Shown here: piece by piece, positions 54,954 through 63,406 of the stretch
Position numbering within the stretch: the stretch's first letter is position 1
Layout of the letters: every line of letters starts with the position of its first letter
From: a virus
Reading direction: 5' to 3' (one strand)
IMG/VR virus record: IMGVR_UViG_3300048892_000198
Span: 32,001 to 96,000 of that record
DNA: 64,000 nt
The notes under the pieces: model-generated
The model's database searches: none
Seen by the model: the letters and a program-made list of their open reading frames with translations, nothing else
Told to the model about the DNA's origin: nothing
Position numbers and translations under genes: made by a program

Positions 54954-55982
54954 TCAGGGAAGCGCCGCGAGATCGTCCCAGCGTATTGCTTTCCGAGCGG
55001 CCTCCACGTCGCTCATGCCGGAGGCGTTCGGGAAGAGGCGACCCTGACCGCTCGCCATCGCTGGGTCGAGCCCTCGCTCGTAGCGTAGGTACATCTCGTC
55101 GCACTGGGCGTTGCTGAGCCGGGCTTCGCCGAAGCAGATCGACAAGAGGTGCACGGCGCGCGGGTCGAGCCCGCGCACGTCGAGTGCCAATAGGCCATGG
55201 GCATCGGCTTCGGTGACCAGATCGGAGTCGTCCTGCACGGCATGCCACAAGAATTCGAGGCATTCGTGCACGTTGGGCACTGTGACTCCTCTGGGGATCT
55301 CGACATTCATGGCGACGAGCGCGAGGTGGCGCCGGTCGGCCGCTTCCTCATAGGTGTATAACTCGACCGTTTTCTCGATCGTCTTCTCGATGTCGACGTT
55401 GACGCGGTTGACGTAGACGACTTCTCCCTCGTCCACGAAGCGATCGAGATCGCTCGGGGAGACATCGAGGTCCACGCCTTCATCTTTCTCGGTCTCCTCC
55501 TCGATCTTTTGATCGGCCAGCCCGATCTTCACCGCCGCCGCCCACCAGCGATCGGCCTCCGCGCTCCGGTTGTCGGTCCAGGAGCAGATCCCGTCGCCGG
55601 ATTTCCACATCTCGATCTCGACCAGGTCCTCGTCGCACTGGTGTGCGCCGAGCGCGAGCGCGGTATAGAGCGCCGTCCCCCAACCGTTGCCCTTGATGAG
55701 CACGCCATCGGGCGTGTGTGAGCGCGGCAGCCCAGTGATCTGGGAAGGTTCGTTCGAGTGCTCTTCGTAGTAGCCGCGGCCGAGGCGTAAAAGCGGATCA
55801 GAAGCCTTGAGCCCACGGAGGCTCACAAACGTGCCGTCGGTCACGACGAGCGCCGGCTCATGCGTCTTCGGGTTGGCGACCAGTCCAATCACGGTGAGCC
55901 CGGCGAGCGACCAGTTCTCGGGCGCTTTCTTGGGCTCGGGAGCGCGGAGCGCAAACGACGTATTCTTCCGCAAGCGCCGCAT
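54954..55982 (-). CDS. GNAT-like acetyltransferase domain protein
   Basis: KGNGWGTALY (acetyl-CoA motif A-like); RSAEADRWW. Confidence 0.6.
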   Translation of the reverse strand: MRRLRKNTSFALRAPEPKKAPENWSLAGLTVIGLVANPKTHEPALVVTDGTFVSLRGLKASDPLLRLGRGYYEEHSNEPSQITGLPRSHTPDGVLIKGNGWGTALYTALALGAHQCDEDLVEIEMWKSGDGICSWTDNRSAEADRWWAAAVKIGLADQKIEEETEKDEGVDLDVSPSDLDRFVDEGEVVYVNRVNVDIEKTIEKTVELYTYEEAADRRHLALVAMNVEIPRGVTVPNVHECLEFLWHAVQDDSDLVTEADAHGLLALDVRGLDPRAVHLLSICFGEARLSNAQCDEMYLRYERGLDPAMASGQGRLFPNASGMSDVEAARKAIRWDDLAALP

Positions 55983-55991
55983 GAGTCGGCG

Positions 55992-56025
55992 ATGGTAGAG
56001 TCACGCCCTGGTCCTTGCAAATTTT
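55992..56025 (-). promoter_or_regulatory. Class-1 promoter AAAAT-TTGCAA-N17-TACCAT
   Basis: Divergent partner of 56041..56075. Confidence 0.6.
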
Positions 56026-56040
56026 CCGCCGCTCGCCCCG

Positions 56041-56075
56041 AAAAGTTGCAGGCTGAAGGCCCCTCAGTATAGGCT
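56041..56075 (+). promoter_or_regulatory. Class-1 promoter AAAAG-TTGCAG-N18-TAGGCT
   Basis: Upstream of the collagen fibre operon. Confidence 0.7.
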
Positions 56076-56171
56076 TTCCCCACTCGATCGGTATTCGGCA
56101 GCACCCCGGCCGGATCAGGACGATGGAGCTCGGGCCGCGATCCGTCGCGCGGCCCAGGAGCACCTCTGTCC

Positions 56172-58313
56172 ATGGCCGATCGAAGCAGCGTTGCGAGTCG
56201 AAATATCGGGGCCGTGGGCACCCTCCTCGGTGCCGGAAATTCGCTCGAAAACGTCAACACGTCGCTGCTCGACGACGGTTGCTTCGCCTACGTCGAATCC
56301 GAGCACGAGCACTACGAGCTCCACCGCGACGATACGACGCCGCCCTCCCCCCCGAACATCATCGAGCCCATCGCAGGCCCCGGCCGCTGGGTGCCGGCGA
56401 CGGGCGGGACGATCGGTGCGCAGGGCTTCCAGGGCGCCCAAGGGGCGCAGGGCTTCGGCGCGCAGGGGGCGCAAGGATCTCAGGGCGCTGGCACGCAGGG
56501 CGCGCAGGGTGCCCAAGGCAACACGGGCGGCGCGCAAGGCGCCCAAGGCGCGCAGGGTCGTCAAGGCGCGCAGGGCGCTGGCACGCAGGGCGCGCAGGGA
56601 TTCCAGGGAGCCACGGGCGGGTCGGGCAATCAGGGTAGCCAGGGGGCTCAAGGCGCGCAGGGCGCCCAAGGCTTTCAGGGTGCCACGGGCTCGACTGGCA
56701 ACCAAGGAGCGCAGGGCGCCCAAGGCGCCCAAGGCAATCAAGGTTTTCAGGGCGCGACGGGCACGGGAGCCCAAGGTGCGCAAGGCGCGCAGGGCATCGG
56801 TGCGCAAGGATCTCAGGGTTTCCAGGGCGCAACCGGCGCGGGCGCGCAGGGCGCGACGGGCACGCAAGGCTTTCAGGGTGCTCAGGGCTTCCAAGGCGGG
56901 GGCTTCCAGGGCGCGCAAGGATCGACCGGTGCGCAGGGATCCGGGGGCGGCGCTCAAGGCGCCCAGGGTGCGACGGGCACGCAGGGTTTCCAGGGCGCCC
57001 AAGGGCAAACGGGCGCAGGATCGCAGGGTGCCCAGGGCGCCACGGGCGCACAGGGCTTTCAGGGAGCGGCCGGCACCGGCGGTGCGCAAGGAAGCCAAGG
57101 CGCGACCGGCGCTGGCGGCGCACAGGGCGCGCAAGGCGCGACCGGCACGGGATCGCAGGGCGCGCAAGGCGCAACCGGCACCGGAGGCGCTCAAGGATCG
57201 CAGGGCGCCACGGGCGCAGGATCCCAAGGCGCTCAAGGCTTCCAAGGCGCGACCGGGGCTGGGTCGCAAGGCGCGCAGGGCGCGACGGGCACGCAGGGCT
57301 TCCAGGGTGCGCAGGGTTTCCAAGGCGGGGGCTTTCAGGGCGCGCAGGGTTTTCAGGGCGCAGTCGGTCCGGGCGGCGGCGCGCAGGGTGCCCAAGGGGC
57401 AACGGGCACGCAAGGCTTCCAGGGCGCCCAAGGCTTTCAAGGGGGAGGATTCCAGGGCGCGCAGGGAGCAACCGGCACGCAGGGCTTCCAAGGCGCCACG
57501 GGCGCAGGATCTCAAGGCGCTCAAGGCGCCACGGGCTCGCAGGGCTTTCAGGGTGCGACCGGCACGACCGGTGCTCAAGGCGCGCAGGGCGCGACTGGGA
57601 CCACGGGTGCTCAAGGCGCTCAGGGCGCGACCGGCACGACGGGCAATCAAGGAGCGCAAGGCGCTACTGGCACAACCGGAGCTCAGGGCGCCCAAGGCGC
57701 GACGGGCACGACGGGAGCTCAAGGCGCTCAGGGCGCGACGGGCACCACGGGAGCTCAAGGCGCGCAGGGCGCGACGGGCACGACGGGCAATCAAGGAGCG
57801 CAAGGCGCTACTGGCACAACCGGAGCTCAGGGCGCGCAGGGTGCGACGGGCACGACTGGTGCTCAAGGCGCTCAGGGCGCGACGGGCACCACGGGCGCGC
57901 AGGGCTTCCAAGGTGCTACTGGCTCGGGATCGCAGGGCGCGCAGGGCGCAACGGGAGCTCAAGGCGCTCAAGGCGCGCAGGGCTTTCAGGGATCCGCCAA
58001 CATCGTCAACGAGGTCAATGCTGGTAACTCCGGCACAGCCCTCACCATCAACTTCACGACGGGCCCCAATCAGCTGACCACGCTGACCGGCAACGTGACC
58101 TTCACGTTGACGGCGCCGAGCAACTCCCGCCACGTGCAGGTCCGCATGGTGCAGGACGGTACCGGCGGTCGCACGGTGACTTGGCCCGCTGCCGTCAAGT
58201 GGGCAGGCGGCACGCAACCCACCTGGGTGACGACGGCGGCTGCCATCAACATCGCGAGCTTCTACTACGACGGCACCAACTACTGGGGTGTCGGGTCGAC
58301 GGGCTTCGCATGA
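56172..58313 (+). CDS. Collagen-like fibre protein (adaptor domain, ~525-aa Gly-X-Y stalk, C-terminal beta-sandwich)
   Basis: GAQ/GFQ/GAT triplets; C-terminal [23 protein letters not shown]...YDGTNYWG domain typical of phage fibres. Confidence 0.9.
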   Translation: MADRSSVASRNIGAVGTLLGAGNSLENVNTSLLDDGCFAYVESEHEHYELHRDDTTPPSPPNIIEPIAGPGRWVPATGGTIGAQGFQGAQGAQGFGAQGAQGSQGAGTQGAQGAQGNTGGAQGAQGAQGRQGAQGAGTQGAQGFQGATGGSGNQGSQGAQGAQGAQGFQGATGSTGNQGAQGAQGAQGNQGFQGATGTGAQGAQGAQGIGAQGSQGFQGATGAGAQGATGTQGFQGAQGFQGGGFQGAQGSTGAQGSGGGAQGAQGATGTQGFQGAQGQTGAGSQGAQGATGAQGFQGAAGTGGAQGSQGATGAGGAQGAQGATGTGSQGAQGATGTGGAQGSQGATGAGSQGAQGFQGATGAGSQGAQGATGTQGFQGAQGFQGGGFQGAQGFQGAVGPGGGAQGAQGATGTQGFQGAQGFQGGGFQGAQGATGTQGFQGATGAGSQGAQGATGSQGFQGATGTTGAQGAQGATGTTGAQGAQGATGTTGNQGAQGATGTTGAQGAQGATGTTGAQGAQGATGTTGAQGAQGATGTTGNQGAQGATGTTGAQGAQGATGTTGAQGAQGATGTTGAQGFQGATGSGSQGAQGATGAQGAQGAQGFQGSANIVNEVNAGNSGTALTINFTTGPNQLTTLTGNVTFTLTAPSNSRHVQVRMVQDGTGGRTVTWPAAVKWAGGTQPTWVTTAAAINIASFYYDGTNYWGVGSTGFA
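56415..57989 (+). repeat. Collagen-coding tandem repeats (9-nt triplet units; 36-nt [12 protein letters not shown] units; 144-nt duplication at 57633/57777)
   Basis: Direct reading of the sequence. Confidence 0.9.
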
Positions 58314-58328
58314 TTTTGAGAGGTCAGC

Positions 58329-59057
58329 ATGCCTAATGCCACGGTAGTGCAGTTCGGGTTTAAAGATGATGCGCAGGTCGCGGGCAGCACCCTGACCTTC
58401 AATATCACTGGAGTCACCGTCGGCAATCGCATCCACGCGGTTGGGTTTTGCGATCCGACTGCCGCCAACATCGTCGGCATCGCCGGCACCGTGGGAGACG
58501 TTGGGTCCTACATCCAGATGGGCTCGAACGTCGTTGATGTCGGCAATGACGGGGAGATGGGACAGTTCTATCGAGATGTGACGGCGACCTCCGGCGGCGC
58601 GATCACGATCGTCTTGACGGTCAGCGCGAGCTCGACCTTCAAGGGGATCTACTTTGCAGAGATCAACAACGTATTCGGTGTGCCGCAGACTGCGTCGATC
58701 ATCTCCGATCCACAAGCCCCCGGCGGAACCACTGACGCCATCACGACCGGAAATCGCACCCCTAGCGCTCAGCCGGCGCTCATTAGCTCGGTGTGTCTCG
58801 ATGTAACGAATAATCGCGCGCCTACTTTCGGCACTGGGTATACGCTGCTCGGCGCAGGATGGCAGTTTGGTCTGGGCGGGAACGGAGCCACCGCAGAATC
58901 GAGGAGGATTACTGCCCTTACGGCATTGCCGGTGACCTATACAGCAGCTGGAGGTTTTGGCGGCGACGCTTACATGTTAGCGGCCGCCTTCTTCACTGAG
59001 GGCACAGCACCACCGCCAGGCAATGGGATCTTCTTCGGCGCTGGCACGACTAGCTAA
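58329..59057 (+). CDS. Beta-rich putative fibre-tip/receptor-binding protein with C-terminal FFGAGTTS tag
   Basis: Follows the fibre; T/G/A-rich; ends PPPGNGIFFGAGTTS. Confidence 0.8.
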   Translation: MPNATVVQFGFKDDAQVAGSTLTFNITGVTVGNRIHAVGFCDPTAANIVGIAGTVGDVGSYIQMGSNVVDVGNDGEMGQFYRDVTATSGGAITIVLTVSASSTFKGIYFAEINNVFGVPQTASIISDPQAPGGTTDAITTGNRTPSAQPALISSVCLDVTNNRAPTFGTGYTLLGAGWQFGLGGNGATAESRRITALTALPVTYTAAGGFGGDAYMLAAAFFTEGTAPPPGNGIFFGAGTTS

Positions 59058-59068
59058 CCCTACCCCGC

Positions 59069-60094
59069 ATGGCGCTCCCGAACCTGGTATTTTTTGGGCG
59101 AGCGACGGTACCCTACAGCCAGGTGCCTCCGCTCGGCGGCGACGGCTCGTGCAACGAAGCCTTTAAGAACGCCGTCTGGGCGCAGACGGCGCTCGACACC
59201 AATCCCTCCGAGAGTGGATCGTTCCTGGCGACCAGTTGCTACGATTCGGCGCATCGCCGGGTCTACCTCTTCGGCAGCACGGACTCGATCGCTTACTCCG
59301 CCGCCTACGACTGCAACGCGGACACGTACACTCAGATCGGAGATCTTCCGACCGCGAGCGGGCAGCAGACTTATGCAGCGGCCGCCGCCGGCAAGGCCTG
59401 GCTTTTTGGCGGCGGAGCAGGCGTGCCCTTTACGACCAACTCCCCGACCGCTGGGATCCAGAGCTACGATCTTTCCCAGGTGCCCGGATCGGGTACGACT
59501 TATTCGACCATCGCTCCGGTGGTGTCGTACTCGGCCTACGGGCTGTTTGGTGACTATGATCCGGTCACCAAGCTGATCTACTTCGGCGGAGGCTGCGACA
59601 ATATCGCAGGTCCTCCCGGCCCCGCCAACTGCTTCAATCAATGGCAGAGCTTCGATCCGTTCTCGCCGGCAACGCCGACCGCGCTCCATGTGATGCCGGT
59701 GAAGGTCGCCGAGAGCGCCTGCGCCCTCCTGAACGGCGTCATCTACGTCATCGGCGGATCGCTTGACGCGACCCCAGAGACCGTCGGCACGCGCGGCGTC
59801 TACGCCTACAACATTGCGACCAACACGTGGACGACGAAAAACAATTTTCCCATCGACATCGCCTGCGGTCGTGCCTGCAATTGGAACGGCACGCTCTATT
59901 GCGGTGGCGGCTGGAACGCCTCCGGATTCAGCTTCTCCGTCACGAACGCCACTCAAAATATCTACGCCTACAATCCCCTCGCCGATAGCTGGTCGCTGCA
60001 CTCGCAGGCGACCTTCCAGGCGGCGGGCTCCATCCTGGTCGGCCTCAACTCCCCGCCGAGCGGGCTCTTCTTCGGCGCGGGCACGACGAGCTAA
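59069..60094 (+). CDS. Kelch-repeat beta-propeller protein with C-terminal FFGAGTTS tag
   Basis: VYLFG, AWLFGG, IYFGGG, IYVIGG, LYCGGG repeats; YNIATNTW and YNPLADSW; ends PPSGLFFGAGTTS. Confidence 0.85.
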   Translation: MALPNLVFFGRATVPYSQVPPLGGDGSCNEAFKNAVWAQTALDTNPSESGSFLATSCYDSAHRRVYLFGSTDSIAYSAAYDCNADTYTQIGDLPTASGQQTYAAAAAGKAWLFGGGAGVPFTTNSPTAGIQSYDLSQVPGSGTTYSTIAPVVSYSAYGLFGDYDPVTKLIYFGGGCDNIAGPPGPANCFNQWQSFDPFSPATPTALHVMPVKVAESACALLNGVIYVIGGSLDATPETVGTRGVYAYNIATNTWTTKNNFPIDIACGRACNWNGTLYCGGGWNASGFSFSVTNATQNIYAYNPLADSWSLHSQATFQAAGSILVGLNSPPSGLFFGAGTTS

Positions 60095-60789
60095 CGCTCG
60101 CTGCCGGACCAGACTCGCATGAGAAATTCGTTGTCGTAGATGCTGCCCGGAATGATGCCGGGCGTGATCTCGTTGAGCCAGAGCACGTACGGTAAGGAGA
60201 GTTGATCCTGCACCGACCAGTGCACGCACTCATCGAACCAATTCTTCTCGAAGTTAGCGATGCGCTCGTTGTGCCACCGAACGATGCAGCCTCCGGCGTA
60301 GAGGCAATACTCGGGATCATTGTGTGGGAACCCGGCGGCTCGGTAGTGAGCGACTTGCTCGATGCAGGGCTCGCCGGCGTATTTGCCCATCGTCATCGAG
60401 AAGGCGGCTTCCTCCTCGGGCGAGCGATGGGGATCTTCGGGATGCTCGAAGAGCGCGAGCGCTGATTCTGATTCGGGCATCGCCTGGTGGCACCGCTGCA
60501 GCATCAAGAGCGGGTCTTTCACGCGCACGCTCGAGTCGATGTAAATCGACCACTCACGGTCAGGGAACAAGTGGCAGGCGCTCATCTTGAACCACTTCGC
60601 ATCCATCCGCGGCGTGCGAAACACGCTACGTCGTCGAAAGACGTGCCAGTGAGGAAGCTTTTCCGCAAGCCCGGGCTTGTCGGTGAAGCAAACCAAGTCA
60701 GCGACGTGCCCGAGATCCGGGATGTCGACCGGCTCGTCGTGATCGCCGAAGCACGCGGTGTAGATGACGGGGCGGGGGTTACTGATCAT
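60091..60789 (-). CDS. DUF616 (TOD1/MUCI70-like) glycosyltransferase
   Basis: VIYTACFGDHD...VCFTD...AKWFK...SIYIDS...HP...QDQLSLPYVLW. Confidence 0.85.
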   Translation of the reverse strand: MISNPRPVIYTACFGDHDEPVDIPDLGHVADLVCFTDKPGLAEKLPHWHVFRRRSVFRTPRMDAKWFKMSACHLFPDREWSIYIDSSVRVKDPLLMLQRCHQAMPESESALALFEHPEDPHRSPEEEAAFSMTMGKYAGEPCIEQVAHYRAAGFPHNDPEYCLYAGGCIVRWHNERIANFEKNWFDECVHWSVQDQLSLPYVLWLNEITPGIIPGSIYDNEFLMRVWSGSER

Positions 60790-61001
60790 GGTGAGATGAA
60801 GAGGTGGCGGACGAAAAGGCAGGGGCTGTGCGGAGCGCAGCTTTCAGGATGGAAAAAAGCGCCCCAGATGAGGCAACCCAACAGCAGGATCGCTGTCCCT
60901 CCGAATACAAAGAACAGTTGGAATTTGGATGACCGCAAGCGGGCGGCGTACTGCTTTTCGGAAAGCGTGCCGCCGCATTCGTGGCAGCGGTACTCGGTCA
61001 T
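60786..61001 (-). CDS. Small membrane protein with CxxC
   Basis: CHECG; one TM; coupled at both ends. Confidence 0.6.
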   Translation of the reverse strand: MTEYRCHECGGTLSEKQYAARLRSSKFQLFFVFGGTAILLLGCLIWGAFFHPESCAPHSPCLFVRHLFISP

Positions 61002-61651
61002 CGCGCGACGTTGAAGAAGAAGAGTTGCACGAGCCTGGGGTCCTTTTCGGTAAAGCCCTCATAGCTCGTCGCCGAGTGAATGAGCTGCGCGTCCCAGAGC
61101 ACGAGCCGGTTGTAGACGTTGCCGACGCGATCGACGAGCTCCCAGTTGTCCGGATGCGTCAGGTTGAAGTCGCTGTACGTCTTGGCGTACTCGAGCGCAT
61201 CATTCGGCGGGCGCCTCGCCCCGTTGTCTTTTAAGCGCCAGAAGCTCGTGCCCGAGCGCACCGGATCGCAGGCCTCCCCGTTGCGCAGCTCGCCGAGAGG
61301 CGCCGTCAAGTAAATCGCCGCGGCATAGCTCTGCGTGTCCGAGTGCCACACGAGCGGATCTCCCTCCACCGTCTTCTGGAACGACCCGTTAGCCGGCTGA
61401 TCGAGCCAGTCGACGATCGTCACCCCCAAAAGTCGCATAAACTCCTCCCGCACCCACGGAAACAAAAACTTCTCCTTCGAGCGCACCCCCTTGAAGTACC
61501 GCAAATCCGCCTCGTACTCGGCGTCGAGCGCGAGCGTGCGCACGGAGTCCGGGTCGCGGTAGAAGTCATCGACCACCAGGATCGCGGGGGTCCTCTGGTG
61601 GAAATCAACGGGCGGAAGGGTTGCGGGGGCAATCGTGCGGGGGTCGGGCAT
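60998..61651 (-). CDS. 2OG-Fe(II) oxygenase (DUF6445-like)
   Basis: VVDDFYRDPDSVR; WHSD (HxD); IYLT; GTSFW; YNRLVLWD...HSA; RLVQLFFF. Start moved to MPDPRT. Confidence 0.85.
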   Translation of the reverse strand: MPDPRTIAPATLPPVDFHQRTPAILVVDDFYRDPDSVRTLALDAEYEADLRYFKGVRSKEKFLFPWVREEFMRLLGVTIVDWLDQPANGSFQKTVEGDPLVWHSDTQSYAAAIYLTAPLGELRNGEACDPVRSGTSFWRLKDNGARRPPNDALEYAKTYSDFNLTHPDNWELVDRVGNVYNRLVLWDAQLIHSATSYEGFTEKDPRLVQLFFFNVAR

Positions 61652-61660
61652 GGGGGCTGG

Positions 61661-61695
61661 TACGCAGAGTAGCGGGCTCTCCTTCCCTCGCTCAA
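61661..61695 (-). promoter_or_regulatory. Overlapping class-2 (GGGAAG-N17-CGTA) and class-1 (TTGAGC-N18-TACTCT) promoter candidates
   Basis: Upstream of the oxygenase/DUF616 operon. Confidence 0.5.
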
Positions 61696-61696
61696 C

Positions 61697-61735
61697 CCCA
61701 AAAACTTGAGCCGCGCCCGAAAGGCAGGGTAGGAT
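61697..61735 (+). promoter_or_regulatory. Class-1 promoter AAAAAC-TTGAGC-N18-TAGGAT
   Basis: 36/37-nt identical to 63263..63299. Confidence 0.7.
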
Positions 61736-61756
61736 TTGTCGAAGCGATCCTAGTCC

Positions 61757-63208
61757 ATGGGCCAAAGCAGCGTTGCGAGTCGAAATATTGGGGCGGTCGC
61801 TACCCTGCTTGGCACCGAGGATTCCCTCGAGAACCTCTGCACGCAGACGTTCGATGATGGCTGCCTCGCGTACGTGCAGGCCGAGCACAAGCACTACGAG
61901 CTCCACAAAGATTCGACCGCAGCGAGTGATCCGCCCTTCGTGATCGTGCCGATCTGCGGCATGGGCCGCTGGGTCCCCGCGACGACGGTGATCGGGGCAG
62001 AAGGTCCGCAGGGATTCCAGGGCGCCCAAGGTGCACAGGGAGCTACTGGTGCTCCCGGATCGAGCGCCCCTTTTCGGGCAACGTACTACGTCGATCCGAC
62101 CTTTGGAGGAGTCGAACTCGGCAGTCAGTCGAGTCCCTTCACGACCGTCGCCGCCGCGTTTGCGGCGGGCACGGCGCTCGGCATCGTGGATGGGATTGTG
62201 TTCGTGCCGCCGGGCCCGATGAGCGAAGACATCGTGTTCCCGCCGTCGGGGAGCTGGGAGCTGTCTTCCACGGTCCAAGGTCAAACGCAAAGGACTCAGC
62301 TGACTGGCACCGTGACCCTGGACAGCACGGCGCAAGCCTTTCACAGCATCAGCAACATCGTGCTCCTCGGCAACGTGACCGGCGACAAGGCAAACGCCAA
62401 CACCAACCGACTCTTCTTCCGGAACGTCGAAATCAACACGAACCTGACGCTGACTTCCTCAGGCACCGGAAATTGGCTCGTGTACTTCGATGGCACGATC
62501 CCAGTACCGAGCAATGCGACGGGCCTCTTGGCAGGGATCTTCGGCACCTGCTCGATTGCGGGATCGCTGTTTGCGTCCGGATGCAACCTAGAGAACGTCA
62601 TCACCGTCTCGTCGGACAGCGCCTTCCGCAACGTCTTCTTCAACAATAACCAGCACGGCACCTTGGTTGCGACGACCGGCGCGGGACTCGTCAATCTCAC
62701 CTTCACCGGATGCGCGCAAAAGAATCCTGCCACCATCACGGCGACGACGGGCAGCGTGGTGGCGGTATTCGATAGCTTCAGTTGGGCGGCGGCTTGCTCT
62801 ACAGGTTTAGGTTTGATCGCAGGCACGGCGTGCACGTTTAAGACGCTCGCCTCGAACCAATCATCCTCCACCACCGACACAAACAACCGTGCCTCGACTG
62901 CCTTGGGAGGACGCTCACCCGACGGGCTCTATGAGATCGTCTATGACGCGACGCTGCTCGGCAATGGCGGCGGCGCAAGCGGCCTCTTGCAACTCAACGC
63001 GATCTACACGGACATGACCGGCACGCTCGTCACGGTGCCGGTGGGCACGCCTCTCAATGTCGCTGCTGCGGTCGGTAGCAAATCCAGTGGCTCGCTGCCG
63101 TTTCATCACTCGGGCGCCGCGGCGCCGATCGCGTTTTCGACGACGGGAGTGACCGCGCCCGGAGCGATGTCGGTGGCGCTCACCGTGACGCTTCGCCGGG
63201 TCAACTAA
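61757..63208 (+). CDS. Fibre/spike paralog: adaptor domain, short collagen, beta-helix-like body
   Basis: Shared N-terminal domain; GPQGFQGAQ; YYVDP...GSQSSPFTTVAAA motif that typically precedes pectin-lyase-like beta-helices. Confidence 0.85.
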   Translation: MGQSSVASRNIGAVATLLGTEDSLENLCTQTFDDGCLAYVQAEHKHYELHKDSTAASDPPFVIVPICGMGRWVPATTVIGAEGPQGFQGAQGAQGATGAPGSSAPFRATYYVDPTFGGVELGSQSSPFTTVAAAFAAGTALGIVDGIVFVPPGPMSEDIVFPPSGSWELSSTVQGQTQRTQLTGTVTLDSTAQAFHSISNIVLLGNVTGDKANANTNRLFFRNVEINTNLTLTSSGTGNWLVYFDGTIPVPSNATGLLAGIFGTCSIAGSLFASGCNLENVITVSSDSAFRNVFFNNNQHGTLVATTGAGLVNLTFTGCAQKNPATITATTGSVVAVFDSFSWAAACSTGLGLIAGTACTFKTLASNQSSSTTDTNNRASTALGGRSPDGLYEIVYDATLLGNGGGASGLLQLNAIYTDMTGTLVTVPVGTPLNVAAAVGSKSSGSLPFHHSGAAAPIAFSTTGVTAPGAMSVALTVTLRRVN

Positions 63209-63262
63209 CCCGCCCCAGGGTGCTTCGGGAGTGAGTCCGGGGGGATTCTTGCTCGGGCTCAG

Positions 63263-63301
63263 CCCAAAAACTTGAGCCGCGCCCGAAAGGCGGGGTAGGC
63301 T
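63263..63301 (+). promoter_or_regulatory. Class-1 promoter AAAAAC-TTGAGC-N18-TAGGCT
   Basis: Duplicate of 61697..61735. Confidence 0.7.
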
Positions 63302-63406
63302 CGACCCACTAGGTCGGTTTGGGTCCGCGTTCGAGCGCGGGGACAGACGGGACGACAGAGCGTTGGCGCAGATGCGCGCCCTTTCCTCTGGAGCTCCCCC
63401 TTGGCC

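Noticed and set aside
57541-57960. Regular 36-nt periodicity resembling a CRISPR array
   Set aside because: No unique spacers; units are in-frame collagen codons with synonymous variation; no cas genes.
56115-58715. 866-aa minus-strand ORF and other long alternative-frame ORFs over the collagen genes (56191..58077, 56359..57471, 62915..63973)
   Set aside because: Shadow frames of a stop-poor GC-rich repeat; translations are low-complexity ALRALR strings.
58329-60094. Diversity-generating retroelement explanation for the shared 3' ends
   Set aside because: No reverse transcriptase in the window; shared stretch is only about 33 nt and the differences are not adenine-specific.
60998-61651. 2OG-Fe(II) oxygenase as a collagen prolyl hydroxylase
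   Set aside because: The adjacent collagens contain almost no proline, so that substrate is unlikely.
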